Assembly (NCBI GenBank): GCA_014239655.1
Contig: JAAZYM010000060.1
Coordinates: 2,023-66,022, forward strand
Length of the DNA: 64,000 bases
Direction: 5' to 3'
Source of the DNA: Flavobacteriales bacterium
GTDB taxonomy: Bacteria; Bacteroidota; Bacteroidia; Flavobacteriales; BACL11
Below are positions 19,897 through 29,444 of the stretch, in pieces (positions within the stretch are counted from its first letter, which is position 1; each line of letters starts with the position of its first letter). The notes beneath the pieces are model-generated. The model made no database searches. It was not told the origin of the DNA and saw nothing but the letters and a program-made list of their open reading frames with translations. The position numbers and the translations under genes were made by a program.

Positions 19897-21170
19897 AAAA
19901 CATCTTAATTGTTTCCTATTATTGGCCTCCTAATACAGGTTCCGGTGTACAAAGATGGCTCAAGTTTAGTAAGTACTTAAATAAATTTAATTGGAATCCA
20001 ATCATTGTAACTCCTAAGAATCCATATATTGAATTGCAGGATAAAGAGTTAGAGAGTGAAATATCGAAAACTGTTGAAGTTTTAAAGTTTCCTATTTGGG
20101 AGCCGTACTCTCTAAAGGATATTTTTTTTGGAGGAAGAAAAAAACCACAAACTTCAGGGTTGATATCAAAAGATAAATCATTAATAGATATTTGTTTAAA
20201 TTGGATTAGAGGTAATTTTTTTATACCAGACCCAAAGAAATATTGGGTTAAGCCGACAGTTAAATCACTTAAAGAGCTTATTAATAATAAAGAAATTGAT
20301 TATATAATATCTACTGGCCCACCACATTCAATGCATTTAGTTGCTCTTGAATTAAAGAAAATGTTTAAGCATCTTAAATGGATTGCTGATTTTAGAGATC
20401 CTTGGAGCAAGCTAGATATATTAGATGATTTTAATTTAACTAAAAGGTCTAAAAGAATTCATAGGAGATTGGAATCAGAAGTGTTAAAGAATGCAAATCT
20501 GATTTTAACTGTTAGTGAATCTTGGGCAGATGATTTTAGAAATTTAGGAGCTAAGGATGTTAAGGTAATTACTAATGGTTATGATCATGAAGATTTCAAA
20601 GAATTTAAATCAATTGAATCTAATAAGTTTATAATTGGTCATTATGGTATAATAAATCATTTAAGAAATCCTTCTAATTTATGGAAATCATTAAATGATC
20701 TTTGTGCTAAGAATATAGATTTTAATAATAATTTAGAAATCAGATTATCAGGAAATATTGATAATAATGTTTCAGATGAGATAATTACTTATCCTTATTT
20801 AAGAGATAAATTAAAATTATTAGGTTTTTTAAATCATAAAGAGGTTTTAAAAGAATATTCTAAAACTTCTGTATTGTTGCTTTTGTTATTTAATTCTGAA
20901 AGTGGACAGGGAAATTATCCTGGAAAATTATTTGAATATCTAGCTACGAAGAAACCTATTTTAGCATTTGGACCAAAGAAAAGTGATGTCAAGTCATTTT
21001 TAGATGAGGGTTACGGGCTATATCATCCATATGATATGAATACTGAAGAAATTAATAAGTCTATACTTGGATTTTTTAATAATACATCTAATTTTAAAAA
21101 TATTGATGAGAATAAGTTTTCAAGAATTAATTTGACATCTGATTTAGTAGCAATTTTAAATAATTTGTAA
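19893..21170 (+). CDS. Glycosyltransferase (GT-B, group 1/GT4-like)
   Basis: 425 aa. N-terminus ILIVSYYWPPNTGSGVQR is typical of GT4-like enzymes. The C-terminal half carries an E-x7-E-like region (PGKLFEYLATKKPIL). Overlaps the upstream gene by 4 nt. Confidence 0.6.
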   Translation: MKNILIVSYYWPPNTGSGVQRWLKFSKYLNKFNWNPIIVTPKNPYIELQDKELESEISKTVEVLKFPIWEPYSLKDIFFGGRKKPQTSGLISKDKSLIDICLNWIRGNFFIPDPKKYWVKPTVKSLKELINNKEIDYIISTGPPHSMHLVALELKKMFKHLKWIADFRDPWSKLDILDDFNLTKRSKRIHRRLESEVLKNANLILTVSESWADDFRNLGAKDVKVITNGYDHEDFKEFKSIESNKFIIGHYGIINHLRNPSNLWKSLNDLCAKNIDFNNNLEIRLSGNIDNNVSDEIITYPYLRDKLKLLGFLNHKEVLKEYSKTSVLLLLLFNSESGQGNYPGKLFEYLATKKPILAFGPKKSDVKSFLDEGYGLYHPYDMNTEEINKSILGFFNNTSNFKNIDENKFSRINLTSDLVAILNNL

Positions 21171-22651
21171 TGGGAATAGTACGTAATCAAAGTATTAAAA
21201 ATTCAATTAGTTTCTATATTGGAATGACTATTGGGGCTATTAATACTATTATTATTTATCCAAATGTTTTTAAAGATAATCCTGAGCATTTTGGTTTAAT
21301 ACAGATATTAATTGCTTATGCAATTGTAGTTTCTACATTTACAACTTTAGGTGTCCCTAAAACATTTGTCAGGTTTTTCCCCGCTATTAAAGAGAAGGGT
21401 CAATTGTATTTCTTGAGTTTTATTACTCCTCTTTTAGGTTTTTTCTTTGCTTCACTTTCGTATTTTCTGTTTAAAGAACAGATATTTGAGTTGTTGAATG
21501 CTAGTAGTCTATTAAAGGATAATTTCTTCTATATTTTTTTGTTGGTCTTTTTTATAGGTTTTTATGATGTGTTAACTTCAATTTCTAGATCCTTTTTAAG
21601 AGCCACAACTCCTGTTTTTATCAATGAAGTTTTCCTGAAGTTTTATAGTATGTCTATTTTGTGTCTTCACTGGTCTGGTTATATTGATTTTACTACTTTT
21701 TTACAGATATACTTGTTTGGCTACATTCTGAAATTTATTATTTTATTACTAATTCAGTTTTTTAATAATCAATTTACATTTTCTATTTCAGTAAAAGATT
21801 TACAGCTAAAAGAAATTCTTAGTTATGGCGTGTATGTTTTGGTTGGTGGAGTCTCAATAATATTAGTAACTAGGATTGATATGATGATGCTTGGATCAAT
21901 GCTTGAAGATGGAACTGGGGAAGGCTTAAAACAGATAGCATTTTATACTGTGGCTTTCTTTATCGGTAATGCGATAATTGTACCTGCAAAATCTATTGCC
22001 TCAATATCTGTTCCTCTTATAGCTAAAGCTTGGGAAGAAAAAGATCTAGATGCAATTCAAGATATTTACTCTAAGTCTTCGATAAACCAGTTAATAATTG
22101 GAGGTGTATTTTTCTTGTGTATTTGGCTTAATATTGATGAGGTTTTTTCACTATTACCTGAAAATTTCCGGGCTGGAAAGTGGGTTGTTTTTTATATAGG
22201 TTTTTCTCAATTAATTAACATGGTAAGTGGTCTAAATGCTCAGATAATTATTAATTCAAAATATTATAGATATGATTTGATTACAAGTGTTTTTCTGGTT
22301 TTTGTAACTATTTTAACTAATTTTCTACTCATACCTAAATATGGAATTAATGGAGCAGCAATGGCAACGGCAATTTCTATTTTATTATTTAATCTTATCA
22401 GATTAATTTTGATAAAAGTAAAAATGAATATGCATCCTTTTAGTTTACAGTCTATTTATACTATCTTATTGCTTCTTGGAATATATTTTATTATTTCTTT
22501 TATTCCTAATTTCGGTTATGCGTTTTTAGATATTATTTGCAAATCAATAGCTGTTTTTGTGCTATTTATACCGTCATTAATTTATTTAAATCTATCAGAG
22601 GATATTAATAAGACTATAATTGAGCTTTCGAATAGTATTTTTAGGAAATGA
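21170..22651 (+). CDS. Polysaccharide/oligosaccharide flippase (Wzx / MOP superfamily)
   Basis: 493 aa with roughly 12-14 TM helices throughout. It sits between two glycosyltransferase genes, with 1-nt and 4-nt overlaps. Confidence 0.7.
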   Translation: MGIVRNQSIKNSISFYIGMTIGAINTIIIYPNVFKDNPEHFGLIQILIAYAIVVSTFTTLGVPKTFVRFFPAIKEKGQLYFLSFITPLLGFFFASLSYFLFKEQIFELLNASSLLKDNFFYIFLLVFFIGFYDVLTSISRSFLRATTPVFINEVFLKFYSMSILCLHWSGYIDFTTFLQIYLFGYILKFIILLLIQFFNNQFTFSISVKDLQLKEILSYGVYVLVGGVSIILVTRIDMMMLGSMLEDGTGEGLKQIAFYTVAFFIGNAIIVPAKSIASISVPLIAKAWEEKDLDAIQDIYSKSSINQLIIGGVFFLCIWLNIDEVFSLLPENFRAGKWVVFYIGFSQLINMVSGLNAQIIINSKYYRYDLITSVFLVFVTILTNFLLIPKYGINGAAMATAISILLFNLIRLILIKVKMNMHPFSLQSIYTILLLLGIYFIISFIPNFGYAFLDIICKSIAVFVLFIPSLIYLNLSEDINKTIIELSNSIFRK

Positions 22652-23556
22652 TTAAAGTTAGCATAATATTAACAACGTATAATTCTGGAAATCAAATTCT
22701 AGAGGTAATTAATTCTATTAAAAATCAGGATGGTATAAACACGGATTTTAAGATGGAATTGATTATTGTAGATGATTGCTCTACCGATAACACAATTGAA
22801 CTCCTTAGATCAGGCAATATACCGTTTATAAGTACAAACAGCAATTCAGGAGGACCAAACAGAGGTAGAAATATTGCTCTTAAAAAATGTAATGGAGATT
22901 TTATTTGTGTCGCTGATCATGATGATGTTTGGTTTCCAAATAAAATTTCAGAATTGTTAAAAGTATCTGATGTTGCCCCAATTATTACTTCTGGATACAC
23001 TTTGTCTGATGCAATTAAGAATAGGCACATAGAAAGAATAAACACATCCTCTGATTCATTTATTTTTTATGATAATAATATTACATTTTTTTCAAAACTT
23101 ACAAAAAACAAGATTACTCAACAAACCTATTTAGGAAGCATCATGTTTTCATCTTCTTTAAAACATATTTTATTTGAAGAAGAGTATGGTATGATTGATT
23201 TTGATTGGGTGTTAAGGCTTTTTCATAATAATTCTTCTGTAGAGATTTGTAAATCATTGTATTTGAGGAAGGTTGAAATAAAGAACTTATCTTTAGATGA
23301 GGGTTATAGGATAAATGATTACAAATATTCTATGGAAAAAGTCTCTGATTTTTCAGAGCTATATCCTTCTCAAGTCAAAATCTCTAAGAAAAGAATTAAT
23401 GGAAGTATGGGAAGGTATTATTATTTGATGGGAGATATGAAAAATGCAAGAAAGTATCTTATGAAATCAACCATCAATTTAACAAGTATTTTGTATCTTA
23501 TTACTACTTTTGTAGGGCATAAATTTGTTAGAAAGCACTTTAATATATTCGGATAG
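22648..23556 (+). CDS. Glycosyltransferase family 2
   Basis: N-terminus VSIILTTYNS...VDDCSTD plus a DHDD (DxD) motif, classic for GT2 / GT-A enzymes. Confidence 0.8.
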   Translation: MIKVSIILTTYNSGNQILEVINSIKNQDGINTDFKMELIIVDDCSTDNTIELLRSGNIPFISTNSNSGGPNRGRNIALKKCNGDFICVADHDDVWFPNKISELLKVSDVAPIITSGYTLSDAIKNRHIERINTSSDSFIFYDNNITFFSKLTKNKITQQTYLGSIMFSSSLKHILFEEEYGMIDFDWVLRLFHNNSSVEICKSLYLRKVEIKNLSLDEGYRINDYKYSMEKVSDFSELYPSQVKISKKRINGSMGRYYYLMGDMKNARKYLMKSTINLTSILYLITTFVGHKFVRKHFNIFG

Positions 23557-24168
23557 ATGAAAATTTTTGTAATAGTAGGCTTACAAAGAACGGGTACAAC
23601 GTTACTTTCTAGTATGTTAGGAAGGCATCCAGAAATCAATATGTTATTTGAATCTGTTACAAAAGATTCACTTAAGCTTATCGGTAAGCAATGGAATGGA
23701 AATAAACTTCTTGCGTATAGACAGATTCGTCAGTATAAGAGAGCTTCTTATTTGGGACATCTTATAAATAGAATTGCTAATTTAGATTTTAGAAAGAAGA
23801 ATAAGCATCATTTGGTTCGTCCTTTTCCAACCTCTTGTATGTCAATTGAAGATTATAAGCATGAAGGAGCAATCTTTATTACTATTGAAAGAGATAAGGA
23901 TTCATCAGTTAGTAGTATGAAAAAAAGATCAGGTCAGTCAGAAAAGCAAGCTTCATATGAATGGATTGAAGGAATGAAGATAATTAACGCTTTAAAATCT
24001 GAAGGAGCTTTTTCTTTAACTTTTTTTGATTTGGTAAATAATACAGAACAAATTCTTAAGGATATATGTGATTATTTAGATATTGAGTTTATGAAAGATA
24101 GAATGTTAGAAGGTCCTAAATATAATTTTGTTTATCCTCAGGATTCTGTAGTTAAAAAAGAATCATAG
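23557..24168 (+). CDS. Sulfotransferase family protein
   Basis: PAPS 5'-phosphosulfate binding loop at the N-terminus (VIVGLQRTGTTLLSSML). A later ITIERDKDSSVSS segment resembles the 3'-phosphate binding region. Confidence 0.65.
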   Translation: MKIFVIVGLQRTGTTLLSSMLGRHPEINMLFESVTKDSLKLIGKQWNGNKLLAYRQIRQYKRASYLGHLINRIANLDFRKKNKHHLVRPFPTSCMSIEDYKHEGAIFITIERDKDSSVSSMKKRSGQSEKQASYEWIEGMKIINALKSEGAFSLTFFDLVNNTEQILKDICDYLDIEFMKDRMLEGPKYNFVYPQDSVVKKES

Positions 24169-24821
24169 AAACTTCTTACTTTATTAATATCTTGATTGCA
24201 TATTTCTATCTCTTTTCTTTGATCTTTTTTATGTTTAATATTTGTTGTTAAACATTTAGGAATAAATAAGCTATCTACTTCTAAAAAATTGAATGCTTTC
24301 TTTATGAAATTAGACGGTTTTTTTTGTAATTCGTCATATTGGAGAATTAAGAGCTGTTCTTTTTTAAAGTATTTGTAATAGTTGTTTAACTGATTTTTAT
24401 ATAACCCTCTTGTTTTCATTGGTCCATATTTTGGTAAATTTCGTGAGAATGCATCCCATAATCCATTATTTTCTTCAATTGTTCCTCTTGTCATTTCCAT
24501 TTTGTATTGAGAAACACACCTGTCTGTTGGGTCTCTTAAAACTACAATCATTTTTACATTAGGATTATAGCTATGTATTTTTTTAGCTACGGATTCTTCA
24601 GAAATATAAGCTGGTGTAATTTCTCCAACAACTTTTTCATTCTTGTTTTTAAAAGTCCATTCGTAATGTAGTCTATTTATATAGAATCGTTCTTTGTTAA
24701 AATAATGAGCTTCTTTTTCTCTGTGGATATAGATATCAGGATGTTCATTTAATGCTTCAGCTAACCAGCTTGTTCCTGCTTTCTGAACTCCAATTCCTAT
24801 GAAATTTACTTTTCTTTTCAT
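24138..24821 (-). CDS. Sulfotransferase family protein
   Basis: 5'-PSB loop FIGIGVQKAGTSWL and 3'-PB motif VVLRDPTDRCVSQY, both classical sulfotransferase signatures. Confidence 0.75.
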   Translation of the reverse strand: MKRKVNFIGIGVQKAGTSWLAEALNEHPDIYIHREKEAHYFNKERFYINRLHYEWTFKNKNEKVVGEITPAYISEESVAKKIHSYNPNVKMIVVLRDPTDRCVSQYKMEMTRGTIEENNGLWDAFSRNLPKYGPMKTRGLYKNQLNNYYKYFKKEQLLILQYDELQKKPSNFIKKAFNFLEVDSLFIPKCLTTNIKHKKDQRKEIEICNQDINKVRSFYDSFLTTES

Positions 24822-26266
24822 TTTACTTCACCATGTTTATAAAAATATATTTGCAGGAATTTATATATAGGGTATATTTTTATTTTTTTCATAAACAAAA
24901 TAATCTTTTCTTTCTTTGTTGGGTTAAATGGATAGTTTAATAATTCTGGCCACATTTTTTCAATTAAATATTTAAAGAATATCGTGTTTTTTCCATCTCT
25001 TAGTTTTGGTTTCACAGCAAGCATTATTTTAAGAATCTCTCTACTATTAAAAATAGAAAATAGATTTACATAATGATGTGCATAGTAAGTATTCTGACCT
25101 GCAAAATTAGTAATATCTTGTTCCCAATGTATAAAATCTAAAACTTCATATTCAAATTTTTTTATATGTTGTTGATTTCTATCTAGCCAATTTTGATAAT
25201 AATTTTCAAGGTATTTGTTGTCAGGAGAATGAACGGCTCTTACTACATCTTTACCATTTTTAACTTTAACTTTTTCTAAATAATTCTTAGCAACTTCAGA
25301 TACAAAACCTACTAGTAGGATATTTGGTTTTTTGTTTTTTGGAAAAATATTTCTGTATTGTTGAAATGGCCTTAATTTTGGTAAATCATAGATAGATTTA
25401 ACTTCTTTTATTATGTCTTTGTTTAGATTATCTATTTTTATAAATGAATAATGTAAATTTAAATCAGAACAAATTTTCTTTGGCAAGACATAGTCAGTAA
25501 GATCTTCAGGTTTATCTGGTAATTTAAAAGTATAATACCTGATTTTTTTAGTGAATTCCTTTGTTGCAGACATTAATAATCGACTGTCGTAACCGGCAGT
25601 GATTGAGGTAAAGATGGTGTGTTTTTTTTCTATCTGACTTAGGATGTTTTTAAAAATTGGAATTAATTTCTCACTTGCGTCTTTCATCGACAATTCCTCT
25701 CTTTTTTTTCTAGGAAAAATTCTTTCAGATTTTAAATTATTTACAGATAAGCAATGATTAGATACAAGTTGGTAGATGTTTTTGTATCTAGTATGATGAC
25801 CAACTTTTGTATTGTCATTTAAGAAATATTTGGATTGGTAGAAAGTGTTTCTTTCTTTATCGTTGTCAAAAGTGAAGTTATGAAATTGACATAATGTTTT
25901 TGGGTCAGAACCTATAAATGTATATTTATTTGATTTTCCGTAAAAAACCTTAAGGCTTGAACAAGCATCTGTATAGATTTTTAATTGGTTTTTATTTGAA
26001 ATTATTACAAAGTGCCCACAAAGATTATCAATTTCACTAAGTATTTCTTCATTTTCTAATGTAGATAAATGATTAACTATTTCTTGTTCAGTTTTTGAAT
26101 TGTAACAATGAAAACTATAACCAATCAACGTAATAATGTTGTTATTAGAAATGAAAACTTGTATTTCTTGATTTGTAACTAAGTTGTAATCACCAATTTT
26201 AAGTGAATTAGATAAAGAAGGGGGTGGTATATTCTTATCAGTTAGTATGTACTGATTTTTAAACAT
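24818..26266 (-). CDS. Asparagine-synthase-like (PP-loop adenylating) protein, divergent
   Basis: 482 aa. The N-terminal region GHFVIISNKNQLKIYTDACSSLKVFY resembles the AsnB Ntn domain but lacks an N-terminal Cys. The central SITAGYDSRLLMS resembles the SGGxDS PP-loop. This call is by eye and weak. Confidence 0.4.
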   Translation of the reverse strand: MFKNQYILTDKNIPPPSLSNSLKIGDYNLVTNQEIQVFISNNNIITLIGYSFHCYNSKTEQEIVNHLSTLENEEILSEIDNLCGHFVIISNKNQLKIYTDACSSLKVFYGKSNKYTFIGSDPKTLCQFHNFTFDNDKERNTFYQSKYFLNDNTKVGHHTRYKNIYQLVSNHCLSVNNLKSERIFPRKKREELSMKDASEKLIPIFKNILSQIEKKHTIFTSITAGYDSRLLMSATKEFTKKIRYYTFKLPDKPEDLTDYVLPKKICSDLNLHYSFIKIDNLNKDIIKEVKSIYDLPKLRPFQQYRNIFPKNKKPNILLVGFVSEVAKNYLEKVKVKNGKDVVRAVHSPDNKYLENYYQNWLDRNQQHIKKFEYEVLDFIHWEQDITNFAGQNTYYAHHYVNLFSIFNSREILKIMLAVKPKLRDGKNTIFFKYLIEKMWPELLNYPFNPTKKEKIILFMKKIKIYPIYKFLQIYFYKHGEVK

Positions 26267-26282
26267 CCTTATTTTTTATGTA

Positions 26283-29200
26283 TTAGAATAATTTATTTAC
26301 TCCAAATAACCATCTCATCTGAACATATTCATCATTAGCAGGAGATCTATTTAGCAATAACGGTAAATCAAGTCTTAAAATTACTGGTTTCATTTTTGGT
26401 AATCCTTTTAAAGTGTAGGTAAATCCAATACCCGCATCAGCTCTAACATCAGTGAATATATCTTGAAAATTTGAGGAATTAATATCTTCGTTGGTTATTA
26501 TTCCAGCATCACCAAAAATGTAAGTCTTTACTTCATTAGTTAATATGTGTAAATATTTTGACAAATCAATTTCTAAATTTATAGAAGCCCCACTTTTTCC
26601 AGAATAATTAAATGACTCTATATTTCCATTATTCTCTTGAGGAACTAAATAACCAGCATAACCCCTCAGATTTAGCCCACCGCTGTGATGAAAATTATTT
26701 ATTGAAGAACCAAATCCAAGATATTCATTTGGAATAAATCCTGTTGATCTTGTAAATTCATTATTCATTAACTCTTCATTATTAGCTCCTGCAAAATGCA
26801 ACTTACTTTCCGATGCCCAATTATCACCTGTACCTATTTGAATAAAAACTCTGGAATTTAATTTTAAATCAAAAATTCTAGTACTATTAGTGTTTTTAAG
26901 AATAAATTTATTGTAGTTGTAGTCAGAAAATAGTGCAGAACTCATAGTGCTTAGTTCAATTTTCCCTGAAATCTCATTAAAATTATATTTATGTTCCAAA
27001 GAAAGATCTATTCTATTATTTAATTTATTTACATTCCAAAGCTGTGGATATAACATATAGTTTTCAGCCTTTGTTCTGTAATATGAAAGTAATCCAATTT
27101 TAATTTCGGTCTTTTTATCTAAAGTATATTTTGAAAAAGACATGCTGTTAGAGTGTAAACCAGCAATGAAAGTACTATTTAATTTTATTCTAGCATACTT
27201 CATGTAGTTATCAAGATTTGTATTGTAATTAAGTCTGTATGAGTAAAGATCATAGTTTTCTTTATTTATTATATTTTCATCTTGTAATTGCCCAGTATTA
27301 ACCCAAAAATTAACATCAAATAGATGGTGATGATTTAAATAGCCTCCATTTAGATTAATCCCTACTGTTAAGCCATCGTATGAATTCCACCATAAATTTG
27401 GTCGATACTTTATTTCATAGTTTCTCCAATCTGCTCTTTGGTATAGTAGATGATCAAAACTATATGTTTTATTAATTTTTGAGCTGTTGTCAGGTATGTA
27501 TATGTCACCAAATCTTGTTGTTGGGTCAATTATAACCTCATTGATGCCTGATGGTATATCTAATGAAACTTCATATTTTGTGTTTAATTTATCCCAACCA
27601 TGCCATTTTGGAAGAATTTTGGCTTCTGTTTTTTTAACAAACCAATTATTGGGAATATGATAATCATATTTTTTTAGATCATTGGCAATGACAGTAAAAT
27701 CAATTGGCATTTGCATTCCTAATTTTCTTTTAAATAATATTACATCTGAGTTTTGATTCTTTTTAAGTTTTACTGAATAATCTAATCTTTTATCTGTGTC
27801 TAACCATTGATCAAAAAACCAATTTAAATCAACATTTGTATACTGAATAATTGCATTTCTAAAATCTTCATTATAGGGATGAGCAATTTTCCAAGTGTTA
27901 AAATAATGTTTCATTGCATCTAAGAATAATTCATCTCCCAATACATATTGGAGATTATAAAGCATTGTAGCAGTTTTATAATATACTTGTCTATATCCCC
28001 CTCCATGACCCAAGGCACCATTAAAGCAGTCTGAATGTGTTGAAATAATTGGATCAGTTCTTCTTGTAGCTGATTCTATGTATGCATTATAAACTTCAGT
28101 GTCAATAGCTTTTTGAGGTTTATAAAACTTTTTTCTATAGCTATTTTTTGGCAGATCCTCTATTACATTTTCCCCATCAATTTCTATCATTGCCCAGGCT
28201 GTAAGAAATTCTGTAAATCCTTCGTCAAGTAAAGCTCTATATGTTTCATTATTTCCTACCTGACCAAAAAACCACATGTGTCCAATCTCATGAGCTAATA
28301 AATCTCTATAACCAGGGTCAGTACCTCCATCTAAGGTAATCATAGGATACTCCATTCCGTCTCTTGCATCAGCAACTATTACTTTATGCCAAACATATCT
28401 TCCAAAATCTTCAGAAAAAACCCTTAAGCATTCTGCTCCAAAACTTGCTGCATTTTGCCATTTGCTTGCATGTGGCTCTTGAACTAGTGAGTAACATACC
28501 TTATCTTCCCACCACGATTCACCAATCCTATATGTTGGATCTGCGGTAAATGCAAAATCATGAACATTTTCTGCATGATATTTCCAAGTCTTATGTTCTT
28601 CTTTATTATATTCAATTATTGTTGATGGAGGAGAATTGAATGGTTTGTCTTTAAAGTTTTTTACATCAATTTTTTTTCGTAGATCCTCTGGTAAAACTTC
28701 ATTTCTATTTATTAAGTTACCTGTTGCTTCAACAATGAAATTTGATGCAAAAGTTAATTCAACATCAAAGGTTCCAAAGTTTCCATAAAATTCTTTTCCC
28801 AGATGTTGATCAGTTGTCCATCCAAATTTAGCATCATATACAGATATTCTAGGATACCAATGAACTCCATTGTAATGTCTGTAACTCCATGCATCATAAG
28901 ATTTCATTCTTCTTCTTACTTCTTCGTTGTCAAAATATGTTTTGAATTTTATGTCAAATATAATCTGCTGATTAGGAGGTAGTTTTTTTGGAAGAAAAAC
29001 TTTAAGTATTGTATTATCTAAAATGGTTTTCACATCCTCTCCATCTATGGTTATACTACTTATTTTTGTTCCTAATTTTTGAGATTCATATTTTCCATAT
29101 TTTGGGTCTTCTCCATTACTTCTTTGTAGTTTATCAAGATATGAGTCAGGCTGAAAGGCATTTTGGTAAAGATGAAAGTAGACAAAATCCAATGAATCTG

Positions 29201-29444
29201 GAGAATTATTCCAGTATGTTAATTGCTCTTCCCCATGGATTATGTCTGTTTCTTCATCAATATTAGCTTTAATATTATAATAGATGTCCTGTTGCCAATA
29301 TCCATTATGAGGCATTTTGTTTTTCCAGTAGTTAGGGTTGTCTAGGTTTCTATATGTATTTGGTTTATCTATTGGATTATATCTCTCTTGAGAGATACAG
29401 TTAATTGATATAAAGATAAAGCAGAGTAGTAGATTTTTTTTCAT
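26283..29444 (-). CDS. M1-family zinc metallopeptidase fused to a C-terminal Omp85-like beta-barrel
   Basis: Signal peptide, GMEYP motif, and HEIGH-x18-E zinc site (HEIGHMWFFGQVGNNETYRALLDEGF). The last roughly 400 aa show alternating beta-strand patterns, LRGY and FGDAG motifs, and a terminal Phe. Confidence 0.7.
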   Translation of the reverse strand: MKKNLLLCFIFISINCISQERYNPIDKPNTYRNLDNPNYWKNKMPHNGYWQQDIYYNIKANIDEETDIIHGEEQLTYWNNSPDSLDFVYFHLYQNAFQPDSYLDKLQRSNGEDPKYGKYESQKLGTKISSITIDGEDVKTILDNTILKVFLPKKLPPNQQIIFDIKFKTYFDNEEVRRRMKSYDAWSYRHYNGVHWYPRISVYDAKFGWTTDQHLGKEFYGNFGTFDVELTFASNFIVEATGNLINRNEVLPEDLRKKIDVKNFKDKPFNSPPSTIIEYNKEEHKTWKYHAENVHDFAFTADPTYRIGESWWEDKVCYSLVQEPHASKWQNAASFGAECLRVFSEDFGRYVWHKVIVADARDGMEYPMITLDGGTDPGYRDLLAHEIGHMWFFGQVGNNETYRALLDEGFTEFLTAWAMIEIDGENVIEDLPKNSYRKKFYKPQKAIDTEVYNAYIESATRRTDPIISTHSDCFNGALGHGGGYRQVYYKTATMLYNLQYVLGDELFLDAMKHYFNTWKIAHPYNEDFRNAIIQYTNVDLNWFFDQWLDTDKRLDYSVKLKKNQNSDVILFKRKLGMQMPIDFTVIANDLKKYDYHIPNNWFVKKTEAKILPKWHGWDKLNTKYEVSLDIPSGINEVIIDPTTRFGDIYIPDNSSKINKTYSFDHLLYQRADWRNYEIKYRPNLWWNSYDGLTVGINLNGGYLNHHHLFDVNFWVNTGQLQDENIINKENYDLYSYRLNYNTNLDNYMKYARIKLNSTFIAGLHSNSMSFSKYTLDKKTEIKIGLLSYYRTKAENYMLYPQLWNVNKLNNRIDLSLEHKYNFNEISGKIELSTMSSALFSDYNYNKFILKNTNSTRIFDLKLNSRVFIQIGTGDNWASESKLHFAGANNEELMNNEFTRSTGFIPNEYLGFGSSINNFHHSGGLNLRGYAGYLVPQENNGNIESFNYSGKSGASINLEIDLSKYLHILTNEVKTYIFGDAGIITNEDINSSNFQDIFTDVRADAGIGFTYTLKGLPKMKPVILRLDLPLLLNRSPANDEYVQMRWLFGVNKLF

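Noticed and set aside
24138-29444. A lasso-peptide or other RiPP cluster (Asn-synthase-like cyclase, tailoring sulfotransferase and a peptidase).
   Set aside because: There is no transglutaminase-like B protein or RRE/PqqD-like gene. No intergenic space could hold a precursor peptide (gaps are 16 nt or less). The peptidase is an M1 exopeptidase type with a membrane barrel, which is not a leader peptidase.
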